This document shows, piece after piece, positions 36,403 to 49,977 of a stretch of 64,000 nt of DNA. The stretch covers positions 186,001-250,000 of the forward strand of contig JAPEUD010000024.1 in NCBI GenBank assembly GCA_026026165.1, given 5' to 3'. This DNA comes from Sarea resinae (Eukaryota). The notes under the pieces are model-generated. The model worked only from the letters and a program-made list of their open reading frames with translations. It was not told the origin of the DNA and ran no database searches. Every line of letters starts with the position of its first letter. Within the stretch, counting starts at the first letter, position 1. The translations under genes were made by a program, and so were the position numbers.

Positions 36403-36933
36403 CGCCGTGTCGTCTGAGATTTCGCCCTCGTCTTATTCTCATAGCCATGCTTTCGTCCCTCGGGATATTGCCGCCCCTGCATCAAAGCGTCTCCTTCCCC
36501 CCGGTCCTCTCTCGTGCACTTCGTTCTCGGATCCACCCGTCCGTGCCATCACCTCGAGCGCTACCTATACCAGACGCTCAAACAAAAGACCTCGAACGAC
36601 GCGTTCGCCTCTCCTCCCTCTCCCCTTTTCCTGGATCGTTTCCTTTTCTTCGCTTCTATTCTTCTCTCCTCTTCTCTAGCTACTTTGTCTCTTTTTCGTC
36701 TCTATCAGCTTTGCCGTGTCCAGCCATCATCCCTTCATCACTCATCGCCATCACCTTCACCGACGCATCACCATCATCATCTCCAACACCAACACACCAA
36801 CACATGACGAAAATCATCACCAAATCCACATCACCAAACAGATCATCACATCCCAGACCAGGATATGACAGAACTGGGCCGGGTTAGACCGAGAGTTGGG
36901 CCAAGGGGGCAAGGGAGAGGGGGTAAAAATTGG

Positions 36934-37030
36934 CACCACCATCATCAGCATCATCAGCACCATCATCATTATCATCATCATTATCATCATCATTATCATC
37001 AGCAGCAGCATTATTATCATCAGCATCATC
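36934..37030. repeat. Imperfect (CAT)n trinucleotide microsatellite
   Basis: Tandem CAT/CAG/TAT units. Confidence 0.9.
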
Positions 37031-37256
37031 GGAGGAGGAGTTCTTTCTTTTGTTTTGTTTTGTTTTAGGGGTCCCTGATTGATATAGGATATAGGATATC
37101 AGAAAGGGGGAAGGATGAAAGAGGGGAGAGGATGAAATCAAGCGGAGGGAAAAGGGAGAGGGGGGACGTGCGGATGGATATCTAATGGCAGATTGAACAG
37201 AACAAGAGAAAGAATAGAAAGAATTGAGGGATGGAAGATTGATTGTAATATATAAT

Positions 37257-37283
37257 AGTATCGTATCGTATCGTATCGTATCA
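37257..37283. repeat. (TATCG)n microsatellite
   Basis: About five tandem units. Confidence 0.85.
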
Positions 37284-37828
37284 TACGTAGGAAGAGGGGT
37301 CCGAGTAGGTAGGTTGAGTATCTGAGTTAAGTAAGTCCTAGGCCAGGCTGGGCTTAAGCACACGAACACTACCTTAGGAATCTTACACAGCAATCTGAAG
37401 CCTCAATTGGAAGAAACGGGGAATCGTCTTTTCTAGAAAACTACCTAGGTAAGATAGGGTGGTTGTCTGATGCGATACGATACGGTTTGATATGACTGGA
37501 ATTGCGGGCCGAGGTGGATGAATACAACGAGAGAAAAAAAAGGAAAAGCGCCACTTGTTCTACACTACACTTGCTTGCTTCTTATCTTGCGCGCTCTGGT
37601 AATAAATAGATCGATTGATTCCATTCTTTCGCTGACGAGAGATCGATTCGGCCCCCCGGTCCCTGACCCCTGACCCCCGCCCCGGCCCACGGCTCACGGC
37701 TCACGGCTCAGCTTGAGGTTTGGGTCTATTGGAAATTCCATTTCGTTCCGTGCCTGCTTACTTCCCCAACTTCCCTATGACGTCGAATTGGCAAGCTTAA
37801 GAATCCCCCACGACGCAGAATGGCAACC

Positions 37829-38850
37829 CTAAGAATCCACATCCATCCTCTCGGCGATGCCCTCGGTCTCGTTATCGCCCAGCTCGTGCACGGTGACTAG
37901 TTTGCTGATGTCGGCCCTCTTGATGACGATCTCGTTCAGCACGGCCGTGGTGCCCCGCTTGAACACATAGCTTCGTTCCTTCCTCTCGCGCACGTTCGGC
38001 GTGATGTAGTTGCGCAACAGCGTCGTCTTGTGCTCGGTGATGACGCACACGTCGACGTTGCTGCCGGACCCCAGATCGTTGAAGATGCCGGCCTGGATGG
38101 CTTCGCTGGTCAGCTTGACGGCTTCGTCGCGCGTCAGGTTCGGCTTCCACTGCGTCTCGAAGACCGACATGGCCGCCAGCGAGCCCGAGCCCATGGTCAC
38201 GTACGGCAGCTTGTCCGTGCTGCCGTGGGCGTGCACGGTGAAGAGCGAGACCCCCGTCGGGTCGACACCTGCGACGACCAAGTAGGCGCCGATGTGGCCT
38301 TGGTAGCGGAAGAGGTGCTGTTTTAGCATCGTCATGCAGGTCACGACGCGCGGCTTGCGGCCTGTCGAGAGCGCGTGGAGTTCGAGGTTCGACGAGATCA
38401 GCGCCGTGGTAAATTCCGTGTCGGCGGCTGTGCCGGCACCCGCACACCAGATTTGCGGCGCGATGTAGTGCAGTTTCTCGCAGTTCTATTCGGGACGGTG
38501 TTAGAAAGGAAAAAGACGCTTTGGGGAGGATGTGAGAGGAGAGGCCTACTTTATCTGCGACGATGGGACCGCTGGTCGCTCGTGTGTCGGCTGCGATCTG
38601 GATTCGAGAAGCTAGCGTCAGCAGGTATTGTTGTGCTTTTGTTCTCTGAGGTCTAGTCTTTGGAGCAGAGTCGTTGCAGGTTGGGAGCGTGGAAGCTGGC
38701 TAGGGTAGTGGTGATGATGCTTACCACGACGCCGCCATCATAGATGCACCCTACGATTGTCGTGCCTGTGCTGGTGGCCTTGGGTAGCGGAACGCCCTGT
38801 GCGTGTAGTGCCGCATTGCGGTTGTGATTCGAAAAGTCGAAGCCGGGCAT
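37829..38850 (-). CDS. PUP1: 20S proteasome subunit beta-2
   Basis: [12 protein letters not shown]...TSTG/TTIVG (catalytic Thr), [50 protein letters not shown]. Confidence 0.97.
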
Positions 38851-39660
38851 GGCGGTGATCGGGGGATTGGCGGATGGGAGATTCGATGGAAAGAGAGAGC
38901 TCTCAGGGTAGCTTGACTACCTCAGCAGCTGCGGTAGTCCTGGCGAGGGCGTGGAGGTCGATGAGGATGAGGGTGGAGAAGAGAGCAACCGAAAGAGCTT
39001 GGTAGCCGACAGAAGAGATTATGGCGGAGGTGGGCAGGGGGATGTGGACGGGATCGGTGGAGGTGTGGTGGTTGATGGGGATTGATGGTGACGAAGCTGT
39101 CGATGCCTACAGGATCATCATGTATCGCCGCTGTACTGTGAGTACTACACAGTATCTCGACGTTGGAGCTCCCAATGGATGACTAAGCAGCCGCCGGCCG
39201 ACGCGAGAGGCGCGCGGGTGGCCTCTTTGTTGTTCGCGTCTGCCTGTCGAGCTACCTTGCACCTTAGCCGCGGTGATCGGATCGCCATCAAGCCAGGTCA
39301 ACCGTCGAGCTCAATTCACTTCCTACTACCTCATACCATACCATACCATACCTTCGCCCGTACTTGGCCATCTCCTGGCCGTTGGACGATGCCCGCGAGA
39401 TGAGATATTCACCGGCCCGTCAACTCGCCAGATCAACCTCGTCTTCCACCGGCCCTTGACCTCATCCATCCAAAATTTTCTCCCGAAATCTGAAGCTCTT
39501 CAACAGGAGTCCCTCGGACCACCACCCACGTTCGTTTCATACTCCTGGTGCCCGGACTCCTGATGCGACAACCCATATCGACGGCGACCACAATCATAAC
39601 CAGTGGGCCATTGAACGAGATTTCGCCCATCCTAGTCCACCACCTTTGGTTCGCTCGCTG

Positions 39661-42600
39661 ATGTCGTTCACATTTGGCAACCCAGCTGGCAATCCGGCCT
39701 TCGGTGCCGGCGCAAACGCCCCCGCCGGCGGAAACAGCCAGGTCGCGACTGGCCCCGACCTGGACGAGATCCAGACTGAAGCTCTTGGGTTTCTGGCACT
39801 TGCTGGCGAATCCAAGGTTCAGCTTTTGTCGTCACCATGGCCGATGAATGCCCTCCCACCACCGACCTCTTCACTGATGAGCATAGCTTCGAGAAATGGT
39901 CTGATAGCTGCTGCTGGGCCAGAGGACGTCGTCATCGCCAGCACGGATGCTGTGCGTCAAGCTTTCACGTCGGATGCCACGGGAGACAACAATACCAAAC
40001 CCTTCACCCCACAATTGAAGCTATCGCTTGGCATGAGAATTTCGCAGGTCGCATTCTCCGCGGATGAGAGCTTCCTGGTGATATCGGCTGAGAATGGTGG
40101 TGGATTGGCAGTCTACAAAGTACAATCTCTCATGCAGAACAACACTGAACCCGCCTTTCAGCTTTCTACAAATGGCGCCTCTTTACGGGCACTGGCTCCC
40201 AATCCAACACCAGAGAGAGCCGAATTATTTGCTATCGTCACCACAAACGGCGAACTCATGATGGCTAATCTCAATGAAAAGATCTTTATCCAGAGTGCTA
40301 GTGGGCAAGTCTTGAAGGGTGGGGTCAGCTGCATTTCTTGGAGCAGACTGGGAAAGCAGCTGGTCGCAGGCCTTGGTGATGGAACGGCATATCAGATGAC
40401 TCCCGATGGAGTAGGAAAGGCCTCAATTCCAAAACCTCCGGCGCTGGAAGGAGACTTTCACGGTATGTCCTGACTCGAAATCGACATGTGGTGAGCTAAC
40501 CTTGGTAGTATCATCATGCATATGGCTCGAAACCTCCGTGTTTCTAGTGGTCCATACGCCTACCAACCATGACGATGGCAGTGCACCTGAGACCCCGATG
40601 TATCTCATCACTACCGACAAAGAGAGAAAATCATTCTCGTACCGGAAGTTCGTCGATCCGTGCTTGCCTTTCGGCGTCAATCGTTCACCTCCGCACCATT
40701 TCATGCTTCGACTGCATGAATTTCCCCCTTCCTTGCAAGATGCGATTATCATATCTTCGACAGTGTCCTCAGATATTGGACTACTTACACGTGCCAAGGC
40801 TCCTTTAAGCAACGAAAAGCCTGCTGGAGAGCTGACAGATGTGTTTACAACTACTGGCATGGCTGACGACTCACGCCGGGCTCAACTGCCAATGTCGGCT
40901 GGAATGGAAGATACCTCGGCCATTGGCTTTGCTCTGGATTTGTCGCCAACAGAAAAAGTTAAACAGCCAATACCCGGCGAAGAAATCGACGAATCCCCAA
41001 CGCCTTTGCCGGCGCTCATGGTCTTGAACAACGAGGGTGTCCTATCGTCTTGGTGGTTCATCTACAAGGAATCAATACGGCAGAACCAAGGATATCCCGG
41101 TCTTACCGCCCTTGGTGGTGGGCAACAACAGCAGCGCCCATCGGCATCTCCATTACCGAACGCTGTCTCGCAACCACCGTCAACCGGCTTCGGTCAATCA
41201 TCTTTCGGTACCCCAACACCCGCCGCTAGTGGCAGTGCCTTTGGCGGAGGATTTGGCAAGCCCTCAGCTCCGGCTTTCGGCTCTCCAAGCACGCCAGGCG
41301 CTTTCGGTGCTCCTGCCGGACTGGGTAACCGTCCATCGCCTTGGGCGGCAGCACCAGCCGCAGGGGCGCCTGCGTTTGGAAAACCAACATTTGGTTCTTC
41401 AACCCCGTTCGGAGCGGCAACGCCAGGAACCGCTTTTGGTCAAGCCGGCGGTCTAGGGAATAGATCTTCACCATGGGCTGCGATGGGATCTGGGGCCTCG
41501 CCTTCACCAGGAAGTGCGTTTGGTGCGCCAAGCACCTTCGGCGCAAAGTCTGCCTCACCTTCAACAACCAGCGCTGGTAATGCTCCGTTCGGCAGTACTG
41601 CCCCTAGCACTGGGGCGGGAGGTTTCGGCTCGTATGCAAGCGCTGGTGGCTTCGCTGCAACCGCGTCTCAGGCCAAACCTGGAGAGAGCATCTTTGGTAA
41701 GAGTAGCCCTGGAGGTTCTTTCAGCGACGGGATGGGCACTGGTTCGAGTTTCGGGGGAACATCTGCAAGCGAAGTCAAGTCTAATCCCTTTGCAGCTGGG
41801 GCCGGATTCACTTTGGGCTCCACATTCAAAGGCGACGGCACAGCTAAGGATGATGCTCCAAAGCCTCAGAATGCTGGCAGCTCGTTCTTCGGCTCAAATT
41901 TTGGAAGCGCTCTGGGCGAGGCGGAGAAGCGGCCAGCGACGCCAGAAGTGAAAGAGGCGGACATGGATGAAGGCAGCAGTGATGACGACATCAAACCATC
42001 AGAAGATGATCAATCCACCACGCCAGCTTATACTCCCGCCGCCCCCAAATTCCAATTCCCTGTTACCAATCCTCCCGCCACAGGCGGTCTATTTGGCACG
42101 CAGAGCCAGAGCCAAGATTCACCAGCTTCCGTTGAAGTCAGCAAGCCTGCACCGTTTTCTTTCAATAAGCCATCCGTCGTTGCACCATCGGAGCCAAGTC
42201 CGAAAGAACCCGAAAAGGTTGCGAAGCTTGAAGAAACGCCTGCAGAGCCCGAAGAAGCCCCTGCGGAGCCCAAAGAAGCCCCTGCGGAGCCGGAGAAAAC
42301 ACCAGCGGAGCCCGAAGAATCTCCTGCGCAATCCGTCGAAGCACCTTCGAAGCCCGAAGAGCCACCTCTACCTCCTGCAACTTTGCCTTCTTCGCCCAAA
42401 ATAAAGCCCGAGCCTCGAGACGATAGCTCGAGTGGGATCGGCGAAAGCATTCCTTCGTCGCCACTATCGCCAGATCCAACTGCTACGAAGAGATCTAAGC
42501 TAGATGAGGCTGATAACGTTTCTTCTGAAGGTGTTCCAGATGACGCCCCGTTACCTCCAGATTTCATCGCACCGAAACCTGTCTCGGAAGATAAATCCCA

Positions 42601-44401
42601 AGAACAAGAGCCTGCATTGCCTGTTCCCGAGGAAGATGAAGGGCTGGACGATGAAGGTAGTGGTGTAGATGTGTCTGCAGACATTAGTCCTCCGTCGAGT
42701 CCCGAGGCATCGAGTCCCGAGGACACTCCGAAGGTGCCCCCTGGAAAGCAGTTTGGTCTTCCTTTCGATCGGAGCCCTGTTGAGAGGATCTCTGCCGCCG
42801 AACCACGTCAACCTCAGCCCTCAAGGTCCTTGTTTGGCGAAATTGGCGGCACCGCCTCTTCCTTTTTCCCGCCACCTTCAGAATTGCAGAAAAGCCCTCG
42901 TTCGCCAAGTCCTGTACGACCACCAAGAATGCTTTCACCAACCCTCAAGGCAGACAGCAATCTTAGATCTGTGAGCGCACCTGGTGTACCAACCCTGGCC
43001 GCTCTGCCGAAGAGAGCGTCGAAACGTCCTCAGCGAACTGAGGTCGAAATCTCTAAGCCGAGGCAAACTGCGGAAGAAAGAAGAAGAGAAGAGCAAGAAC
43101 GACTTGCTGAGCTGCGTGCAAAGCAGCTGGAAGAGGAAGAGCAGGAGCTGAGTGACCGAGAGGACGAGAAGGTCCGTGAGGAGTTGGCTACAGAAGTCGA
43201 AGCCACCTTAACGCTTCCGCCGTTCCTTGCCCACCAAGACTACGTAGGCAATGTCGACAAGCCCGGAATTCCTGGTCAGATAGAAAGAGTTTACAGAGAT
43301 ATTAACTCGATGATCGATACGCTTGGTCTTAATGCGCGGTCCCTCAAATCCTTTGTGAAAGGTCATACGAAGCTTTATAAAGACGGAGGCCGATCACGAG
43401 AAGATCTTGAGTCAGATGAGGATTGGACTCTCATTGAAATTGAGGATCTCATTGCTGTGGAGGACGGTCTCGCCGACGACTTGCAAAATGGTCGTGTTCA
43501 AGACGTCCAAGAGAAGCTGGAAATTTGCAAATCCATCCACAAGGACCTAGCACGCCTTCGACAGAAACAGAATGACATTCAGCGACTCCTTGATGCCCGT
43601 AACGACCCAGAGCAAATCGCTGCTCTCGCTTACGCGCCCTTGAGCCCGGAGCAAGCATCAAGCCAGTTTGATCTTCGAAAGTCATTCCAGGATTTCCAGA
43701 AGAAAATTGCCGGAGCAGAAGAAACCCTTACCCTCATGAAAGCACGGCTTGTCTCTCTACAGAGTGAGAATTCCCGTGGCGCTTCGGGACATAAACCCAC
43801 CGTCGAAGCCGTCGTGAACACCATTGTCAAGATGACTTCTATGATTGAGGAAAAGAGCAGCAATGTCGATATTCTCGAGCATGAGCTCCGAAAGCTACAT
43901 CTCGCCTCCCCTTCGCCACAGTCTTCTTCTCGCCCTCCGTCGAGCGGTAGTGCTAGCAGAAGAAGTAGAGAAGGCTCACCTTTTGTCCCCGTGGCGTCTA
44001 CCACTGCTCTACCACGACCTCAGCCTATGCCGCCGACGCCGATGGGCGCATCGCATGCCACCCGACCGCGCCATCGTAATCCTTTCGCAGCTACGTCGGC
44101 CGCGTACGCCATGTCCTATGCCTACCCCTACTCCCCCAGCAGCTCGACGAATAGTACTCCCCGAAGATCAATCCTTCGTCACGGCACCTCTCTTCGGATG
44201 GCACGCGACCCCGATCAGGCCCGGATCGAAGAGGGGTGGGAAAAGAGTATGAGAGAGAGTCAGCGGAGGCCGTCAATGGAACAGATTGACAGACGCAAGA
44301 ATCTGCTGGCCAGAAAGAAGCAGGTTGGGGCCATCTTGGGCAGCGTGCTCGAGAGGACCGCGGGGACCAACGCGAGGGTCAGAGATGTCGTTGCCGACTG
44401 A
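39661..44401 (+). CDS. NUP159: Nucleoporin Nup159/NUP214-like; 2 exons
   Basis: N-terminal beta-propeller (SWSRLGKQLVAGL), many SAFG/PAFG/xFG repeats, acidic Pro-rich region, C-terminal coiled coil (YRDINSMIDTLGLNARSL). Confidence 0.92.
42238..42328 (+). repeat. Coding 21-bp minisatellite (PAEPEEA-type x4)
   Basis: CCTGCRGAGCCCRAAGAAGCC-like unit repeated four times in frame. Confidence 0.85.
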
Positions 44402-45477
44402 GTCGTCCATGAGGACATCTGGCGATTTTGTTTTCTTTATCTTCGATCTGAGACCCCTCTCCCCACGTCGTCTCTTTATTTAAGCTGGACTGGACTAGAG
44501 GGCAGGTAGCACAACTTCTCTTGCTCGCCCGAACGACGACTTTTCTACGAACGTTAACGTTCCCGTTTTTTTTTTCTCTGTTGCTTGGATGAATGAAATG
44601 CACGCATCTCCTATCCTATCCAATCCTATCCTCTCCTGCGGGGTCTGCGTCCGTCTCTGTCTCTGTATTGTATCGCGATAATAGCGCGTCTTGGACGTTA
44701 GTTTGCTCGGAAATCGAATCAAAAATGTACGATTGGAAGTCGCTCGCTTGTATGCTCTTCCTCCGCCCCACCCACTTTCCTTCTCTCTCCTACGTGCGTG
44801 TGTGTGTGTGTACGTATGTGTGTACGTATGTGAACAGTATGGCCCGTCTCCACCCATTCCACTCGAAAGACTCTTTTAGCACTCGCTCATCAAACCTTCA
44901 GGAGCTCTTTCCTGTCTGTCCGTCTGTGTGTCCTATTCACCAGCCCACCCTCCCACCCACCACACCGACCCAGTTAGTCGGCCACCCAGTCAGGCTGTAC
45001 GCAGTCGAGAAAAACAAAGCTGGCTGCAGCAGGAGACTTCTTGGTTGATTGGGTATTGAGAATGGGGGAAACAAGGGTTGGGGGAGAGAAAGAAGGTGAA
45101 ACCGCGGGGGAGGTGTTGTTTATCTGCTTATTTTTTTCTTATTTCCAAGTTCTGTCATCTTTATGGCAGTGGGTTTGGTGGGTTGGTTGGTTGGTGGATT
45201 GATTAAGTCTAGTACCTTTAGCACTTCTCCCTCTTCTAGCACTTCAAGCACCATCACCATTTCTACTACTTGACTTACTTAGTTACTTGGTTGCTACCTA
45301 TAGGCATTTCACTACTGTGGAGGCAGAATTGGGATGCAGAACTAGGATGCAGAACTAGGATTGAGAATTGGGTTCGTTGTTGAGGCTGGATCTCTCTTTC
45401 TTTACGTTATGCACGCGTCTTTTTTGAATTCTATTTTTGCTTTCTTGTGTTGGATAGAGACGTAGATAGAGAAGCGG

Positions 45478-45560
45478 GGAGAAGGAAAGGGAAAGGGAAA
45501 GAAAAAGGAAAAGGAAAAGGGAAAGGGAAAGGGAAAGGGAAAGGGAATGGGAAAGAAAAG
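45478..45560. repeat. Purine-rich (GGAAAG/GGAAAA)n microsatellite
   Basis: Tandem hexamers. Confidence 0.9.
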
Positions 45561-45688
45561 GTGAAGGAGAAGAGGAACAAAAAAACCGAAACACCCGTTT
45601 TGCGGGCCCCCAGCCATCACTGAAACTAAATTCGTACGCTTTTGCTAACCCGAGAGACAGACAGGGACAGTCGGGGACATGTATGTTG

Positions 45689-47366
45689 TTAGCTTTGATT
45701 GAGAGGGAGAGGAGCGGCGGAAGATGTTGGTGTTGCTGGGTAATCAGAAGGGGAGGGAGAAAGGTCGGGCTTGCGGCCCCAGACGACGAATCTGATGGGG
45801 AAAGTCAGTCGGCGCGTTAACCACTTCCTGTTCAGCGATTCCTTAAGGTAAGGAAGACAATGGTAAAAAGAGATAGGTTGAGCAGAAACAAGACAATGAC
45901 AAGACACATACGCTTTATGATACGCATGCACGCTGCGATCCATCAACGACCGTCTGACGCCGACCAGATAGACCTCGAGCTCGTTCTTGCTCCAGCCCAG
46001 AGCCCTCGTGAATGGCGCCAGACTCATGGCCTGCAGCCCGTCGAGGAAATTACTGCGGCTCAGGATGCCGATCGATTTCAGCCTCTCGTCTTTCGGCCAC
46101 GAGCCGAGCGGCACCTTGATGATTCTTTCCTGCACGTCCACAAAGCCGGCTTCTTCGTACCAGCGCTTGAGCTTGTTGGCGATGCGCAAGGGGCGGCCGT
46201 AGGCCATGGATGCGTCGTCGACGTACCGAGTCCATTCGAGGAAGGGCCACGAAGTTGGGAGGGAGCCGTCGTCGCAGTAGAGCGTCGGCATGAAGTCTTG
46301 GGATTCAAGGTAGCCGCCTAGTTGGAGGTGGTGGAAGGCCGTGCGGATAATGTGCCGGAAGTCGTTGAAGGAGCCAAGGAGGAGGCGAGTGTGGATGTAG
46401 CTGAAGGTAGAAGGGGGGTAGAGCCAGTCTTTCTCGGCGGCGTCATCGATGACGAAGTGGACGTTGCTCGGGACCCTGGAGGTGGATAGGGTAGTGGTCA
46501 GTTAATTTGAAAGGAATCAAGTAGTTTTGGGTGTTTCAGAAAGGCTTTACCATTCTGGCTGAATAGGTGAGAGATCCGTGCCGGTTATCTGTGTAAATCA
46601 TTAGAAGGATTTCACGATCTTCAATTTGGCTTCACTACCTCTGCATTTGGAAACATGTCGGCTGAAAGCAATCAGCGTGACGAAAATAAGCGCGCAGCAT
46701 TCCCTTACCCATCTCAACAGGCCACCGGCCCGTTCCAGTCCCTAGATCCAGGATCTTCTTTGGGTTCTGAATAGGGGCAAAATAGGCCCTCCCTCTCATG
46801 ATACGTTTGAATAGGGTGTATTGCAAGTCCAATCTATCGTTTTCTAGCTGCACATTGTAAGTGAAGGACATCCAGAAGACAAAGAGAAACAGCTCACGTC
46901 GTCGTTAGGGTAGTAGTAAGCTTTGTTGATATTAGCATGAGCCGACGCATTGAAGGTTTATGTAAAAAACGCACATCCTTCGTGGTATCGGTGGTATCGC
47001 CTCCCGTTCTCGATCCGATAATCAAGCACACTTGCATCCAAGGAATGCGTCGAGGCGCTGACTCTCCTATCAGTTCGAGGACTTGTAATACTGATATAGT
47101 GGAGACCATTTGCAGCCACGGGTACATCTCTGGCCATCAATCATAACTTACCCATCATCATCCGGGTTCTCACTTCGCATGTCATCCGTGCTCTAGTTGA
47201 TCATCATTAGTGGCCCGTCAGACACATTATAGATGCTGATGACCGAAAGACAACGAGAAGAGGAAAGTAAACACGGAGAGCCCACTGGATCCGCTTCGAT
47301 AATCCCATCAGGGTGAGGAGGAGTGAGCCTTTCTCCAGCGCCCGGGGTTGATCCGATCGCGGCCAT
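45689..47366 (-). CDS. SAM-dependent methyltransferase, LaeA-like family; multi-exon
   Basis: YRIENGRRYH, YPNDD|LENDRLDLQ, ILDLGTGTGRW, GTDLSPIQP, VPSNVHFVIDD, GGYLE, AGFVDV, WPKD, VVWGRKP; start codon at 47366 less certain. Confidence 0.88.
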
Positions 47367-48841
47367 TTCTTGTCCCCGCGTGTTGTTCTGAGAAGATTGA
47401 ATTATTGAATTCCGCAGATAGCGGTCTCTCTAAAGAAGTAATAGTCGTTGACAACGTAAAAAAAGGCGAAAATCAAGGACGAAGACAACTGCATGAGCTT
47501 CCTTCAATTCGCTTCATCTCCAAGGGAAGGTTAGCGTATAAGGATGCCTTCAGGCATATCGACCCTCAGCTCGGAGGTAGATGGAACCCTCGCGGACAAT
47601 TACACTGCTCCAGATCTGGTGGTGAGATCTCAATGGTCGTTCCCCTCCCTCATCGACCCGACCTTGTGGCTCACCGACATCTGGCGGGAGATCCACGACT
47701 AAACGTACGAGGGGCTGGGGGATGAGGGAGGGGCAACGGCGAGAAGCAGAACGGAAGAACGAAAATGGCTCCAATCAAGACGGTACACCTTTCCGTCGGG
47801 AATTTCCCACGTTGCAAGCCGCATGAAGCCGCATGAAGCTGCATAAAGCTCCGTCAAGCCCTCATGCGTGCGGGAGGTTCCTTCGAGGGATACGGCCCAG
47901 TCGTTGGCGGACCGACATCCACGCAACATCTTCGGGTCATGTCCCTCTTGCTCACTGGTGCAATGGAGGTATGACTGGGAAGATGGCGAGCGCCGTCGTT
48001 TGAGCTGCACAGCTGACATGTATCGGTATTTGCACTTCTTGCATTGTGGACCGCAATTGGAAGTGAAGATTGGAAATGTATACGTGCCCGACCACGGCGG
48101 GGTTGCCAAGAAACAGAAGTGAAAATCTGTTGATGAGAACAAGTTGCTCTCCAATGCTTTGCAGACCTGTCGCAATGTGCAATGCCTGGCCACGGTGGGC
48201 AAGTTCCTCGATCCGGCAGACGTGGACAGGCGGTGGCTGATGGGGGCTCCTTGTGGCTGAACGCCTTCGGACTTTCGGCCTCTGCCAAACCTTGTTTCCC
48301 ACGTGCACACCCTGTCATGTTGGGCGTTCGAGATTCCGTGTAATATTTACTCTACATCGATGATGTTACACGTTGAGATGGTAGAATAGTGATATTGTAC
48401 GAAGTACAGATCCATTATTCAGGAAGCTTCCAGCCATGCTAGATCGTTCACTATCCGGAGCATAGCAGCTCCGAAGCGCCAAGTCCATTGCCTGAGCCCT
48501 GTATGCCCTTTACTAGAGGGACGGCTGACGCAAAAGGGGCTTGGCTCCGCTCAGCTCACATCTCACAGGAGTCCCATATCGCATCCAGTGAAGTTCAGCG
48601 TCAGAGGCCAACCAGTTCGAGAGATTGTACCGCATATGAGGCGGTGTTGCGACTTATCAACACAATCTTCGAGGCAACACGGGAGACTACGAGGCATGAA
48701 TTGCCGTCATCTCGAGACTAACGTCTACCTGAAGACTAAGGGAGAAAGAATGTAATATATCGGTAAGGTGGGGGCTGGCTGAAAGGGGCAACGTAAACGC
48801 CGTATTTTCCCACTATGCCCGAGCAATCAATGTTCTGCCTA

Positions 48842-49977
48842 TCACTGATCCATTTGTTTGCCAAAGTCGATCAGTCGTATCTGCTTGGCATCTTTTGGAT
48901 TGAATTGTGCAATCTTTGCCCGGACTAAGAATCTCGCGGCAGCAGATTCCCTTTCGAGAGGAAAGTAGGGTGAAGAGTTCTCACTGAATAGGAAGTTGAG
49001 CAGATTCTCTGTCAGCGAGCGAATTTCTGCTCCGGCAGCTCCTCTTTCAGTCCGTTGCCCACTTTCTCCGTCCTCTTTCGTGGCCGTAGCACCCCACAGG
49101 TCGTCAATCTTTTGCTGCCGCAGCTGATCATCCGGTTCAGCGCCAGCTTTCAGCTTGTTCGGCCTGCCTTTCTGTGAAAAGCCAACTTCGAGCATCTCGT
49201 CTACGACTTCCATATCATCGCCGACAACCGGGCCACCCAAGTCCTCGGCTGCGAGCATAGCCGAGAGATGATCATCGATGAAGACATTGTAAGCTTCCAC
49301 CAATCTCTTCGTCTCGCGCTCGTATTTGATCTTACGCTTCTGCTCCTCCTTGATCAGGTCGTTGGCAACTTGAATGGGCGGTTTCTGAGACCTTTGGAGC
49401 AGTTCAGCCCTCAGCCTCTCTGTGCGATCTTGTAAGCTTTTGTTTATCAGGCGAGAATCTCGCAGATCAGCTTCCTCTTGCTCAATCTGTGTCGATGTGT
49501 GCGAGATCTTGTCATGAACAGTGTTGATAGAGTCTCTCGTTTCGTTAATCAGACATTGGGTTTGACGTATCGCCAGGAGAGCTGGTAGTGGGGACTTAGA
49601 CGGAGGGAAAGTGGGCTCCATTGGTGTCAATGACTGATAGGCAGATTTGATCGAGTAGAGTTGTCGCAGACGATTGCGAGCATCCGAAGAGGGTTCAGAG
49701 ATCGCATCATTTTGTCTCGAACTGGCTCGCAGCTGGAGATCACCTCTATTAGCGTATATTGGCATGAACGAAGACGCTTAGAAACCACCTTATCTAGTGC
49801 ACGCTGTTGCTCTTGAACCTTTTCCTGGAGCTCTCTCACAAGTTTGTCGAGGGCTTCCCGGTAAGGTGCTTCATCACTATCGAATGATGGGGCCGGGTCA
49901 TCATCCCCCTCAACCATTCCATCATGCTCATATCTTGCGATCTCGTTGAGAATGTCCTTGTCAGATGTCGATTCCAT
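48842..49977 (-). CDS. Kinetochore protein CENP-K (Sim4-like); 2 exons
   Basis: Coiled coils, LSAMLAAEDLGGPVVGD and C-terminal SAAARFLVRAKIAQFNPKDAKQIRLIDFG; ACGCG elements upstream (50210-50265). Confidence 0.8.

Noticed and set aside
34861..36679. Long antisense and alternate-frame ORFs over the monooxygenase
   Set aside because: Shadow ORFs expected from high GC3.
36817..37078. Poly-His/poly-Ile/poly-Met ORFs
   Set aside because: Translations of the (CAT)n microsatellite.
34990..47366. Secondary-metabolite cluster (monooxygenase, methyltransferase, TF)
   Set aside because: No PKS/NRPS/terpene backbone gene; genes are interleaved with housekeeping genes.
47699..48318. 203-aa and 154-aa ORFs
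   Set aside because: No motifs; lie in the methyltransferase upstream region.
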